The position numbers and the translations under genes were made by a program. The notes below the pieces were generated by a model, which saw only the letters and a list, made by a program, of their open reading frames with translations, was not told the origin of the DNA and ran no database searches. 64,000 nucleotides of DNA from an uncultured Actinomycetota bacterium (GTDB lineage Bacteria; Actinomycetota; Aquicultoria; CAYFWW01). The stretch lies in NCBI GenBank assembly GCA_964346985.1, contig CAYFWW010000048.1, positions 291 to 64,290 on the forward strand, given 5' to 3'. This document shows positions 23,170 through 32,309 of this stretch, one piece after another. Numbering within the stretch: position 1 is the stretch's first letter; each line of letters opens with the position of its first letter.

Positions 23170-24258
23170 CTACTTTGAAAATTTTATCAGGATAACATCT
23201 CCATCTTGAACTATATATTCCCGCCCTTCAATCTTAAGATGACCTTTTTGGCGAGCCATTGAAAAAGAACCGTCGCTTATCAAATCATCGCTTTGAACTA
23301 CTTCAGCTTTGACAAATCCTTTCTTCATATCAGTATGGATTTTGCCAGCAGCCTCTAATATTGATTCCCCTCTCTTAAGCGACCAGGCTTTGGTCTGATT
23401 AGATTCGATAGTATAGAAAGTTATGAGATTCAGTTTTTTGTATGTTACCCCTATCAAATTAACCAGTGACGAACTCTCAAGGCCAGCATCAATTAGAAAT
23501 TCCCTTTTATCTTCATCCTTAAGTTCTGAAAGATCCGCCTCAAACTTTGCAGCTAAAAATATGGATGGCAGCCCACGTTCATTAGCTGCTTTTTCTATAC
23601 TTTTATTGCAAATTCCTCCTTCTGGTAAATCTTTTTCATCTATATTGGCCACAAGAATGGTAGACTTTGCTCTCAGTAAGTTCATATCTCTTAAAAATTT
23701 TTCTTCCTCATCATTTAAACAAACTCCTCCTAAGTTCTTTCCTTCTTGAAGCCTGGCCTCGAGTTTTTCTAGAAAGTTTAATTTTTTTAAAGAATCCTTT
23801 TCTCCGGATTTTAATTGGCGTTTAAATTTTTGCCTGCGTTTTGCTATCGAATCAAGGTCAGCCAGGCTTAATTCCAGTTCTATTATTTCGATATCCCTGA
23901 TTGGGTCTATAGTCTCTTCGATATGAGCAACATTTTTATCTTTAAAACATCTGACCAAATGAATTATGACATTAACATCCCTGATATTACCCAGAAACTG
24001 ATTTCCAAGGCCTTCTCCTTTGCTAGCATTTTTTACCAAACCAGCAATGTCTACAAATTTAATATGAGTAGGAATGATTTTTTCAGCTTGAACCACCCGA
24101 CCTATTTCGGTTAAGGTATTATCAGGTACTTCTGTTGTCCCAATATTTGAATCAACAGTAGTAAAAGTATAACCGGCAATTTCAACCTGGAGCCCGGTGA
24201 GAGCCTTAAAGACTGTTGATTTACCTACATTTGGCAGACCTACAATACCTATCTCCAC
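23170..24258 (-). CDS. ychF: Ribosome-binding ATPase YchF
   Basis: GLPNVGKST G1 motif, TGS C-terminal domain, 362 aa. Confidence 0.9.
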   Translation of the reverse strand: MEIGIVGLPNVGKSTVFKALTGLQVEIAGYTFTTVDSNIGTTEVPDNTLTEIGRVVQAEKIIPTHIKFVDIAGLVKNASKGEGLGNQFLGNIRDVNVIIHLVRCFKDKNVAHIEETIDPIRDIEIIELELSLADLDSIAKRRQKFKRQLKSGEKDSLKKLNFLEKLEARLQEGKNLGGVCLNDEEEKFLRDMNLLRAKSTILVANIDEKDLPEGGICNKSIEKAANERGLPSIFLAAKFEADLSELKDEDKREFLIDAGLESSSLVNLIGVTYKKLNLITFYTIESNQTKAWSLKRGESILEAAGKIHTDMKKGFVKAEVVQSDDLISDGSFSMARQKGHLKIEGREYIVQDGDVILIKFSK

Positions 24259-24464
24259 TAATTTTCCTCTCTAAAACGTTTAATATAGCCACGAAAACGT
24301 TTATCAAAGACTGAACGCAAAAGCCTGACATTTCTACTACATCCCATACATTCGAGTTGAACGTCAAGACCGGTTTTTATTACCTCCCATCTGTTTTCAC
24401 CACATGGGTGTACTTTTTTTAATCTGACTATATCACCAATTTTGATAGGTACGGGTTTACTCAT
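24258..24464 (-). CDS. DUF951 family small protein
   Basis: 68 aa with conserved Cys pairs (HPCGENRW...CMGCS); usual partner downstream of ychF. Confidence 0.6.
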   Translation of the reverse strand: MSKPVPIKIGDIVRLKKVHPCGENRWEVIKTGLDVQLECMGCSRNVRLLRSVFDKRFRGYIKRFREEN

Positions 24465-24700
24465 TTATTTGCCAAGGGATGGATTACTGAATAGTTTAAA
24501 TTTGCTCTTTCAAGAGCTTCTATAACTTGTGCCTCCAGTTCAACATTGAACTTTAAGCCGAGCCCACAGTCTGAAGAGATTTCTTTAGGCAAGGGAACTA
24601 CAACTGCTGGAATTTTTCTCTCCTTAAGAGCTTTCTCAGCCAGAAGTGTTTTATGAGTCGAATAAAATACAATTACCCTAAATTCATTTAAGGCTTTCAT
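24461..24700 (-). CDS. DUF3343 domain protein (putative Se/S carrier-like)
   Basis: 79-aa protein with conserved Cys (SSDCG); a family that co-occurs with selD/yedF. Confidence 0.55.
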   Translation of the reverse strand: MKALNEFRVIVFYSTHKTLLAEKALKERKIPAVVVPLPKEISSDCGLGLKFNVELEAQVIEALERANLNYSVIHPLANK

Positions 24701-25276
24701 CTAAATGGTAATAGTTCTATCAGCCTGAGAAATAATCTCTAAAATCTCGTACATATTTGATATTTTTCCTGCTTGAACTTTTTCTTTTAGATCATAAAAA
24801 TCCAAACACGTACCACAGGCAAAAACTTCTACTCCTTTTTCATTAAGATAATTTAAATGGTCAATCGTCTCTGAATTTACAGTAGATAGTTTAACACCCG
24901 AATTCATCAAGATGATGGCCGAAGGCAAATCACTGCTTTCAGTCAGGCTATAAAGGAAAGCTTTCATTAAAATCTGTCCTAATTGATTATCTCCTTGTCC
25001 TATAGTTTCAGAGTTTATAAAGAATACTGTTTTTGTAGATTTCGATATGGCCTGTGTTTTGCTCTCCCCGGTTCTTTCAAGCTCAATGGTAAACAAATTG
25101 TTTTCCTGATTAACCTCTGTTCTGTAACCTCTTTTTTCTGCAAGGCGAGATACATTTTCAAAAGCTGCTTCATTATCAACTTGCACTATTATCTTTTTTT
25201 CTCCTGATTCAATTGCATCCTGAGTCAATATAACAGGTTGAGGACAGGATAACCCCCTGGCATCTATCTTGCTCAT
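24701..25276 (-). CDS. yedF: Selenium metabolism protein YedF (TusA-like + DsrE-like domains)
   Basis: N-terminal TusA CPxP motif (DARGLSCPQPV) and C-terminal DsrE/F-like domain. Confidence 0.75.
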   Translation of the reverse strand: MSKIDARGLSCPQPVILTQDAIESGEKKIIVQVDNEAAFENVSRLAEKRGYRTEVNQENNLFTIELERTGESKTQAISKSTKTVFFINSETIGQGDNQLGQILMKAFLYSLTESSDLPSAIILMNSGVKLSTVNSETIDHLNYLNEKGVEVFACGTCLDFYDLKEKVQAGKISNMYEILEIISQADRTITI

Positions 25277-25291
25277 ATAAGACCTCTGCTT

Positions 25292-26332
25292 TTAAATAAG
25301 TTTAATTAAACCAGGTTTACCATTTTTAAGAGCCCCAATTATTCTAGCTGTGCTTTCTCCTCTTTTCAACAGAAGTTTCATCAAATCATCAACCTTTTCA
25401 GGAACTATTGAAATCAAAAGCCCGCCAGATGTCTGCGGATCAAATAGAATATCTATTAATTCTGGTTCGATTTCTGAATCTACCACTAGATCACTCCCTA
25501 GAAATTTTTTATTTGATTTAGCTCCTCCAGGAACAAATCCACTGGCAGCTAAGTCTTTAGCCCTTGGCCAGTATGGTACTTTTTCCGTATTTATCTCAGC
25601 TTCAAGGCCCGAGTTTAAGGCCATTTCCTGGCAATGGCCAAGTAATCCAAAACCCGTTATATCGGTACAAGCATTGACACCAATTTCAATCATAGCTTCT
25701 GAAGCATTGCGGTTTAATCTAGCGGCGCATTCAATCTCTTTCTTCATCTCTAATTCATTAATCTGGTTTGCCTTCAAGCCTGTAGCCATAATCCCAAAAC
25801 CAATCGGTTTGGTTAAGACAAGCAAATCATTTTCTTTAGCCGTTGAGTTCAATATTATTTTTTGCGGATTGATCAATCCGGTAACTGCCAAACCATATTT
25901 AGGTTCACTGTCAGAAACAGAATGCCCCCCAATTATTTCTATACCTGCTTCTAAAGCTTTATCCTGACCTCCCCGCATAATTTCACCCATAATATTTGGG
26001 TCCGTATCGCAAGGATAAGCAACAATATTCATAGCCATTATCGGTTTTCCACCCATGGCATAAATATCACTTAATGAATTAGCCGCTGCTATAGCTCCGT
26101 AATCATAAGGATTATCAACAATCGGAGTAAAAAAATCCAGGGTCTGGACTAAAGCAGTATTATTATCCAATTTATAAACAGCAGCGTCATCTGCTGTCTC
26201 AGTACCAACTAAGACATCTTTATCCATAACAGGTCTTAGGTATTTTATTATTTCCGCCAAATCCTGGGGAGGCATTTTCGAAGCTCAACCACTCTTGGTT
26301 GCCATGCTTGTAAGACGAATTTGCTTGTCCAT
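25292..26332 (-). CDS. selD: Selenide, water dikinase (selenophosphate synthetase), selenocysteine-containing; in-frame TGA at 26285-26287
   Basis: The track ORF (start 26275) lacks the SelD N-terminal active-site loop. Reading 5' through the in-frame TGA gives MDKQIRLTSMATKSG-U-ASKMPPQ..., from an ATG at 26330-26332 with an AAGGAGG RBS. U aligns with the catalytic Cys/Sec of the SelD glycine-rich loop. Confidence 0.8.
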
Positions 26333-26443
26333 TATTCCTCCTTTAGATGGTAGTATAGCACTATTTTTGAAATATTATAAAAATGTCTTTTCATATATAT
26401 ATAAAAATTCTATAATATATGAGGAGGTGAATTAAAAAAGCCT

Positions 26444-27346
26444 ATGAAAGTTGATTTTTTTATTACTTTTATTAATGTCGTTGAAAAAGAGAGCTTTTCT
26501 GGGGCAGCTAAAGCAATGAGCGTATCTCAACCGACAATCAGTTTTCAAATCCAGTCCCTGGAAGAGGAATATAATGAACAACTTTTAGACAGGTCGGGTC
26601 CAAAAGTTGAATTGACAAAAGCTGGCAAGGTATTCCTCCAGTTTGCTAAAGAGATTGTTCAATCAAATCAACTGTTAAAAGAGCGATTAGCTGAACTTCG
26701 AGGAACATTAACAGGTAAAATACGAATAGGTGCATCAACCATACCTGGAGAATATATTGTTCCCTCTTTTCTTGGTCAATTCAAATTAAATTATCCTTCA
26801 GTAGATTTAACAATGGAAATTTCTGATTCACAAGATGTAATAGACAAGCTGGTGCGCCGAGAGATTGATATCGGTTTTATTGGAAAAAAGCCAGACCATT
26901 CAAGGCTGAAAACACATCAAATTGCTCAAGATGAATTATTTTTTATTTTGCCTCCTAAACATCGATTAAGTAGAAAAAAGACTATTTCAGTAGATGACAT
27001 TCTGGATGAACCCTTTTTATTAAGAGAAAAGGGTTCCGGAACCAGGGCTTCTTTCGAAAAAGCTTTAGAAAAAAAAGGCCATACTGTTTCTGATTTACAT
27101 TCAACAATGGAACTTGGCAGTACTCAAGCAATAATTACAGGAGTTGAAAATGGACTGGGAATTTCAGTTGTCTCAAATTGGGCTATCCAGAAAAATATTG
27201 AATTGGAAACTTTGAAAGCAACTCGAGTAACAGGAATGATTATCAAAAGACCTTTATTACTTACATTTCTGGTTCAAAGAGTACTATCACGCCTTCAAAG
27301 AGAGTTTATCTCATTTGGTGAAAGTTTTAATTTAAACCCTGATTGA
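26444..27346 (+). CDS. LysR-family transcriptional regulator
   Basis: N-terminal HTH (FSGAAKAMSVSQPTISFQIQSLEEE) and LysR substrate-binding domain. Confidence 0.85.
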   Translation: MKVDFFITFINVVEKESFSGAAKAMSVSQPTISFQIQSLEEEYNEQLLDRSGPKVELTKAGKVFLQFAKEIVQSNQLLKERLAELRGTLTGKIRIGASTIPGEYIVPSFLGQFKLNYPSVDLTMEISDSQDVIDKLVRREIDIGFIGKKPDHSRLKTHQIAQDELFFILPPKHRLSRKKTISVDDILDEPFLLREKGSGTRASFEKALEKKGHTVSDLHSTMELGSTQAIITGVENGLGISVVSNWAIQKNIELETLKATRVTGMIIKRPLLLTFLVQRVLSRLQREFISFGESFNLNPD

Positions 27347-27379
27347 ACTTCTCAAATAGTCAGCTATTAGGAGTATCAT

Positions 27380-27655
27380 ATGAAAAGTAGAGCTGTTGTT
27401 ACAGTTCTCGGCGAAGATAAAATTGGCATTGTCGCTGCTGTATCAAAAGTTTTAGCTGAAAATCAGGTAAATATTGAAGATATTAGCCAGAAAATAATGT
27501 CAGACCTCTTTGCAATGATTATGCTGGTTACGGTAGACGAAGAAGTTACTAGCCTGGAAAAATTACAAAAAGAGCTGGATAAAGTTGGTCAGCAAATAAG
27601 TTTAAGAATTACTATCCAGCATGAAGATATCTTTCGATACATTAATAGAATATAG
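27380..27655 (+). CDS. ACT domain protein (UPF0237)
   Basis: 91 aa; AVVTVLGEDKIGIVAAVS ACT motif; usual partner of UPF0210. Confidence 0.75.
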   Translation: MKSRAVVTVLGEDKIGIVAAVSKVLAENQVNIEDISQKIMSDLFAMIMLVTVDEEVTSLEKLQKELDKVGQQISLRITIQHEDIFRYINRI

Positions 27656-27669
27656 GAGTATAGAAATTA

Positions 27670-29031
27670 ATGTATATCAACCCGGATGAAATTCTGGAAA
27701 CAATCCGGATGATTCAATCGGAAAAACTTGATATAAGGACAATAACCCTCAGTTTAAATCTAGAAGATTGTTCAAACTCAAACCTTGATAAACTGCAAAA
27801 AAAAATATATCAAAAAATAACAGATTACGGAAAGAACTTACATAATTGTTTAGAGCTACTTAGCAGAAAATACGGGTTGCCTATAATAAACAAAAGAATT
27901 GCTACCTCTTCTATATCAACAGTTGCTGCCTCTTGCCATATTGATTCTTATTTTCCAGTCGCAGAAACTATGGATGATGCAGCTAAAAAGATTGATATTG
28001 ATTTCATTGGAGGATTCTCGGCACTCATCCAAAAGGGAATGACTGTTAGCGATAAAATCCTGATTAATTCAATTCCCGAAGTATTGTCTAAGACAAAGAG
28101 GGTTTGTTCTTCAGTCAATATCGCCTCCACTAAAGCAGGTATTAATGGTGATGCTGCACTACTCTTAGCTGAAGTCATTAAAAAAACTTCTGAAGCAACA
28201 GCCAGCCAAAATGGAATAGGTTGTGCCAAGCTAACAGTATTTTCCAATATCCCGGAAGATAATCCTTTCATGGCTGGAGCTTACTGTGGAGTTGGTGAAC
28301 CAGAAGCCTCTGTGAATATTGGGATAAGCGGGCCAGGAGTTATAAGATCTGCCATAAAAAGGCGACCACAAGCAAGCCTTGATGAGCTGGCCGAAACAGT
28401 AAAACAATATTCCTTTAAGATTACCAGAGCTGGGGAATTAATAGCTAGAGAAGCAGCTAAAATTCTTGAAGTAAGTCCAGGGATAGTTGATTTATCTTTG
28501 GCGCCTTCACCTGTAATCGGTGATTCAGTTGCTGAAATTATTGAGGAGATGGGCATCGAAAAATGTGGAGCTCCCGGTTCAACTGCTGCTCTGGCTATCT
28601 TAATTGATGCTGTAAAAAAGGGTGGAGCGATGGCTTCATCTTCTACCGGAGGTTTATCCGGAGCATTTATTCCTGTCTCAGAAGATATAGGTATGGCCAA
28701 ATCGGTAAAAAACGGGGCGATATCTCTAGAAAAATTAGAAGCAATGACCTCAGTCTGCTCACTAGGGCTGGATATGATACCCCTACCAGGTGATATCTCA
28801 GTTGAAACTCTGGCCTCAATTATTATTGATGAGATGGCTATTGGGGTTATAAACAATAAGACGACTGGCTGCCGCTTGATTCCCGTACCTGGTAAAAAAA
28901 CTGGAGATGAAGCAGAGTTTGGCGGCTTACTGGGCAAAGCACCAATTCTAAGTGTCAGCCAACTTTCGTCAAAAAATTTCATCCAGAGAGGTGGGCGTAT
29001 ACCGCCGCCGCTGCGTAGCCTGGGAAATTAA
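27670..29031 (+). CDS. UPF0210/DUF711 (PFL-like) family protein
   Basis: 453 aa; typical N-terminus (ILETIRMI...DIRTITLSLNL). Confidence 0.75.
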   Translation: MYINPDEILETIRMIQSEKLDIRTITLSLNLEDCSNSNLDKLQKKIYQKITDYGKNLHNCLELLSRKYGLPIINKRIATSSISTVAASCHIDSYFPVAETMDDAAKKIDIDFIGGFSALIQKGMTVSDKILINSIPEVLSKTKRVCSSVNIASTKAGINGDAALLLAEVIKKTSEATASQNGIGCAKLTVFSNIPEDNPFMAGAYCGVGEPEASVNIGISGPGVIRSAIKRRPQASLDELAETVKQYSFKITRAGELIAREAAKILEVSPGIVDLSLAPSPVIGDSVAEIIEEMGIEKCGAPGSTAALAILIDAVKKGGAMASSSTGGLSGAFIPVSEDIGMAKSVKNGAISLEKLEAMTSVCSLGLDMIPLPGDISVETLASIIIDEMAIGVINNKTTGCRLIPVPGKKTGDEAEFGGLLGKAPILSVSQLSSKNFIQRGGRIPPPLRSLGN

Positions 29032-29331
29032 ATCAATCTGATTGCCATACTCAAAAATCTAAATCAATAAACACATTCAGATAAATATTTATAAATTCTT
29101 TTTGCCTAGTTTTAATATTTATTCCGAAAGTTAATGCCAATTTTTCCAGAGATTGAGAATGGAAAACCAAATATGTCAGAAGACGATAATCAAATCGTCA
29201 AATTTTTTTACAAATTTCTATTTATAAGACAAATACATTAACTCATACCTTGAGAGTCAGAATTTTACTACTGGAAAAAAAATTAAGACTTATATAGCCT
29301 TTGGCTTAATCTTTAAAAATAACAAGCTGCA

Positions 29332-29796
29332 TCACAATTTTTTTACCATAAAAATATCAGCCCGAAAATTGTTATTGTATCTTTCAGTCTCAACAAAACC
29401 GAATTTTGTGTATAGAGTTTTTGCCGCCTTAAGAGACCGATCCGAGTCAAGAAAAATTTTCTTATAATTCTGTTTTTTAGCAAAATCTATTAACTTTCTC
29501 AAAAGAGTGGCTCCCAAGCCTTGTCCCCTGTATTCTTCTTTAATGAACATTCTTTTAAGCTCAGCTGACTCCTCAGACAGCTTTCTCAAACCGGCAGTAC
29601 CAATAATCTCCTTATCTTTTAATATTAAAAGAAAGGTACCGTTAGGAGGTCGATAAGAATCTTCCAGGTTAAATATATCGTCATCTAGTTCTTTATTAGG
29701 TTTAAAGCCGAACTCTCCATAGAGGATAGAATTTATAAATTCTTTTGTTGCCTCGATATAGCTATTGCTAAGATTTTTTATTTCTATCCCGGCCAT
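29332..29796 (-). CDS. GNAT family N-acetyltransferase
   Basis: Acetyl-CoA binding motif RGQGLGATLL. Confidence 0.8.
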   Translation of the reverse strand: MAGIEIKNLSNSYIEATKEFINSILYGEFGFKPNKELDDDIFNLEDSYRPPNGTFLLILKDKEIIGTAGLRKLSEESAELKRMFIKEEYRGQGLGATLLRKLIDFAKKQNYKKIFLDSDRSLKAAKTLYTKFGFVETERYNNNFRADIFMVKKL

Positions 29797-29799
29797 GGT

Positions 29800-31248
29800 C
29801 TATTTAAGTGAAATTTCTGACTCAGGTTCAGGTTCTGGATTAACAGGTTTTCCTTGCAAAAACCTATCAATTGATCTAGCTGCAATCTTGCCAGCTCCTG
29901 CTGCTAATATGACTGTAGCAGAACCAGTAACGATATCCCCTCCGGCAAAAATTTCTTTTCTTGAAGTTTGTCCCGTCTGGCTATCGGTAATGATATAACC
30001 CTGCCTATTCAACTCAAGATTTTTTACTGATTGTGTCAATAAAGGATTGGCTTTTGTCCCTATGGCCATAACAACCAGGTCAACTTCTAAAGTGAAATTA
30101 GAATTTTCTATAGGGATAGGCCTTCTTCTTCCGGATTCATCAGGCTCACCTAGCTCCATCTGAATGCATTCCAGGCCTTTAACCCAACCATTATCACTCT
30201 TTACCTCTAATGGATTTGTTAAAAGTTTAAAGATGATTCCTTCTTCTTTAGCATGATGGACCTCTTCAATTCGTGCTGGCATCTCCTCCTCGCTTCGTCG
30301 GTAAACAAGATAGACTTTCTTTGCTCCCAAGCGAAGAGCAGTCCTGGCAGCATCCATTGCTACATTTCCACCACCAACAACTGCTACTTTGTTCCCGATG
30401 GCAATAGGTGTATCGTATTTTGGAAAGAGATAAGCTTTCATTAAATTTGACCTGGTTAAAAACTCATTCGCCGAAAAGACATTGTTTAAATTTTCTCCAT
30501 TTATCCCCATAAAGACTGGTGCACCAGCTCCAACCCCAATAAAAACTGCATCATAACCGTCATTAATAAGTTCATCAACCTGCAAAGTTCTTCCAACGAC
30601 AACATTTCTTTCAAAGTTTACATCTAAATTCTCCAGGCAGGCAATCTCATCTTTTACAATCGATTTAGGCAAACGAAATTCTGGAATACCATATACTAAA
30701 ACTCCACCAAGTTGATGAAGTGATTCAAATACAGTTACAGGATAACCCATCATTGCCAGGTCCCCTGCACAGGTAATTCCAGCAGGTCCAGAACCTATTA
30801 CCGCAACACGCTTGTTGTGTTTTATCTCAGGTAAAGTTATACAGGTCTCCCCGCGTTCAAATGCATAATCAGCCGCAAATCTCTCTAAGCGGCCGATGGC
30901 CACCGAATCGTGTTTTCTTCCTAAAACACAGAGTTTTTCACACTGGTCTTCCTGGGGGCAGACTCGGCCGCAGACTGCAGGTAAGCTATTTTTCTGCTTA
31001 ATAATAGTCGTCGCTTTTATAAAATCTCCATCAATTATAGATTGAATAAACGCTGGTATATCTATCTCTACTGGGCATCCTTGAACACAATAAGGCTTTT
31101 TGCACAGAAGGCATCTGGCTGCCTCTTCTTTAGCCATTTCCGCACTATAACCTAGAGCTACTTCATTAAAATTTTTCGCCCTTTTCTTAGGATCCTGTTC
31201 AGGTATTGGTATTCTTGGTTTTTTCAATCTTTCGGCTGGCAACGGCAT
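29800..31248 (-). CDS. nfnB: NADH-dependent reduced ferredoxin:NADP oxidoreductase large subunit (GltD/SudA-like)
   Basis: Two N-terminal Fe-S Cys clusters followed by two Rossmann folds (VAVIGSGPAG, VAVVGGGNVAMD). Confidence 0.8.
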   Translation of the reverse strand: MPLPAERLKKPRIPIPEQDPKKRAKNFNEVALGYSAEMAKEEAARCLLCKKPYCVQGCPVEIDIPAFIQSIIDGDFIKATTIIKQKNSLPAVCGRVCPQEDQCEKLCVLGRKHDSVAIGRLERFAADYAFERGETCITLPEIKHNKRVAVIGSGPAGITCAGDLAMMGYPVTVFESLHQLGGVLVYGIPEFRLPKSIVKDEIACLENLDVNFERNVVVGRTLQVDELINDGYDAVFIGVGAGAPVFMGINGENLNNVFSANEFLTRSNLMKAYLFPKYDTPIAIGNKVAVVGGGNVAMDAARTALRLGAKKVYLVYRRSEEEMPARIEEVHHAKEEGIIFKLLTNPLEVKSDNGWVKGLECIQMELGEPDESGRRRPIPIENSNFTLEVDLVVMAIGTKANPLLTQSVKNLELNRQGYIITDSQTGQTSRKEIFAGGDIVTGSATVILAAGAGKIAARSIDRFLQGKPVNPEPEPESEISLK

Positions 31249-32093
31249 CCACCTTTCTTATTTCCTGCTTGCTGACTTTCAAATAATTCTAATGATTGTT
31301 TTTCCTGTTCTAGATAAGCACTTTGTCTCATTAAAAGCAGATCCCAATCAACATCATGAGCATCAAACTCAGGCCCGTCAACACAACCAAATTTTGTTTG
31401 GCCGCCAACTTCAACCCGGCATGCGCCGCACATTCCAGTTGCATCAACCATAATTGGATTAAGGCTGGCAATTGTCTTTACCCGATATGGTTCAGTTGTT
31501 TTTGCGACAAACTTCATCATTATCGCCGGACCAATAGTCATTACTAGATCTATTCTTTCACCATCAGAAATAACATTATGGAGGAATTCTGTAGTTAAAC
31601 CTTTAAATCCTTCACTACCATCATCGGTAGTAATAAACAACTCATCTGATACATTATTCAACTTATGACGATAGACAAGGAGTTCTTTAGTTTTAGCCCC
31701 AAGGATTGTCTTTACAGTTTTCTTTTTCTCTTTCATAGCTTTGGCAATAGGATAAGCTGCTGCTGCACCTACGCCCCCTGCTACAAAATAAACATTCTTA
31801 AAACCATCCAGATGAGAAGGCTTTCCCATAGGCCCGACTAAGTCATGGATAGTATCTCCAACTTTATATGTCCTTAATTTTGTTGTCGTCTTGCCAACGC
31901 AAAGGAAAACAATATTTATTGTTCCCTTGCTAGGATCACTATCGGCAATTGTAAGTGGTACTCTTTCTCCTTTTTCGTCAAGTAAAAGAACTATGAATTG
32001 CCCAGCTTTGGCCTTGGTGGCAATTCTCTGGTTTTCGACTATGATTTCGAATATTTCTGGAGATATTTCTTTCTTGTCAATGATACGGTTCAA
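31224..32093 (-). CDS. nfnA: NfnA/SudB-like FAD + [2Fe-2S] electron-transfer subunit
   Basis: Ferredoxin-reductase-type FAD-binding fold with C-terminal Cys motif (GMCGACRV); overlaps and co-oriented with nfnB. Confidence 0.75.
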   Translation of the reverse strand: MNRIIDKKEISPEIFEIIVENQRIATKAKAGQFIVLLLDEKGERVPLTIADSDPSKGTINIVFLCVGKTTTKLRTYKVGDTIHDLVGPMGKPSHLDGFKNVYFVAGGVGAAAAYPIAKAMKEKKKTVKTILGAKTKELLVYRHKLNNVSDELFITTDDGSEGFKGLTTEFLHNVISDGERIDLVMTIGPAIMMKFVAKTTEPYRVKTIASLNPIMVDATGMCGACRVEVGGQTKFGCVDGPEFDAHDVDWDLLLMRQSAYLEQEKQSLELFESQQAGNKKGGCRCQPKD

Positions 32094-32309
32094 TTATAAA
32101 TCTCCTATTCTAATGGAAGACTAGATTTAAATAACTACTATTTGAAGTACAATATTACACATAGTATAAATATATTTATGAATATGCCGATATATATTGT
32201 AAAATAATAATTAAATGGTTAATAAATATTAACTCAAAACCTTTTTATTTTCAAAGGTTAGAGTTAATAATAAATCTTATAAATTATTTTTAAGGAGAAC
32301 TAAAACATT

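Noticed and set aside
26240-26284. Explicit SECIS hairpin downstream of the selD UGA
   Set aside because: Only weak candidate pairings (CCUCC/GGCGG with a mismatch) could be drawn by eye. I could not support a specific structure, so none is annotated.
29032-29331. 300-nt convergent gap with a 22-codon ORF (MSEDDNQIVKFFYKFLFIRQIH)
   Set aside because: No RBS, no conservation signal, AT-rich; no tRNA-like or structured RNA features recognisable.
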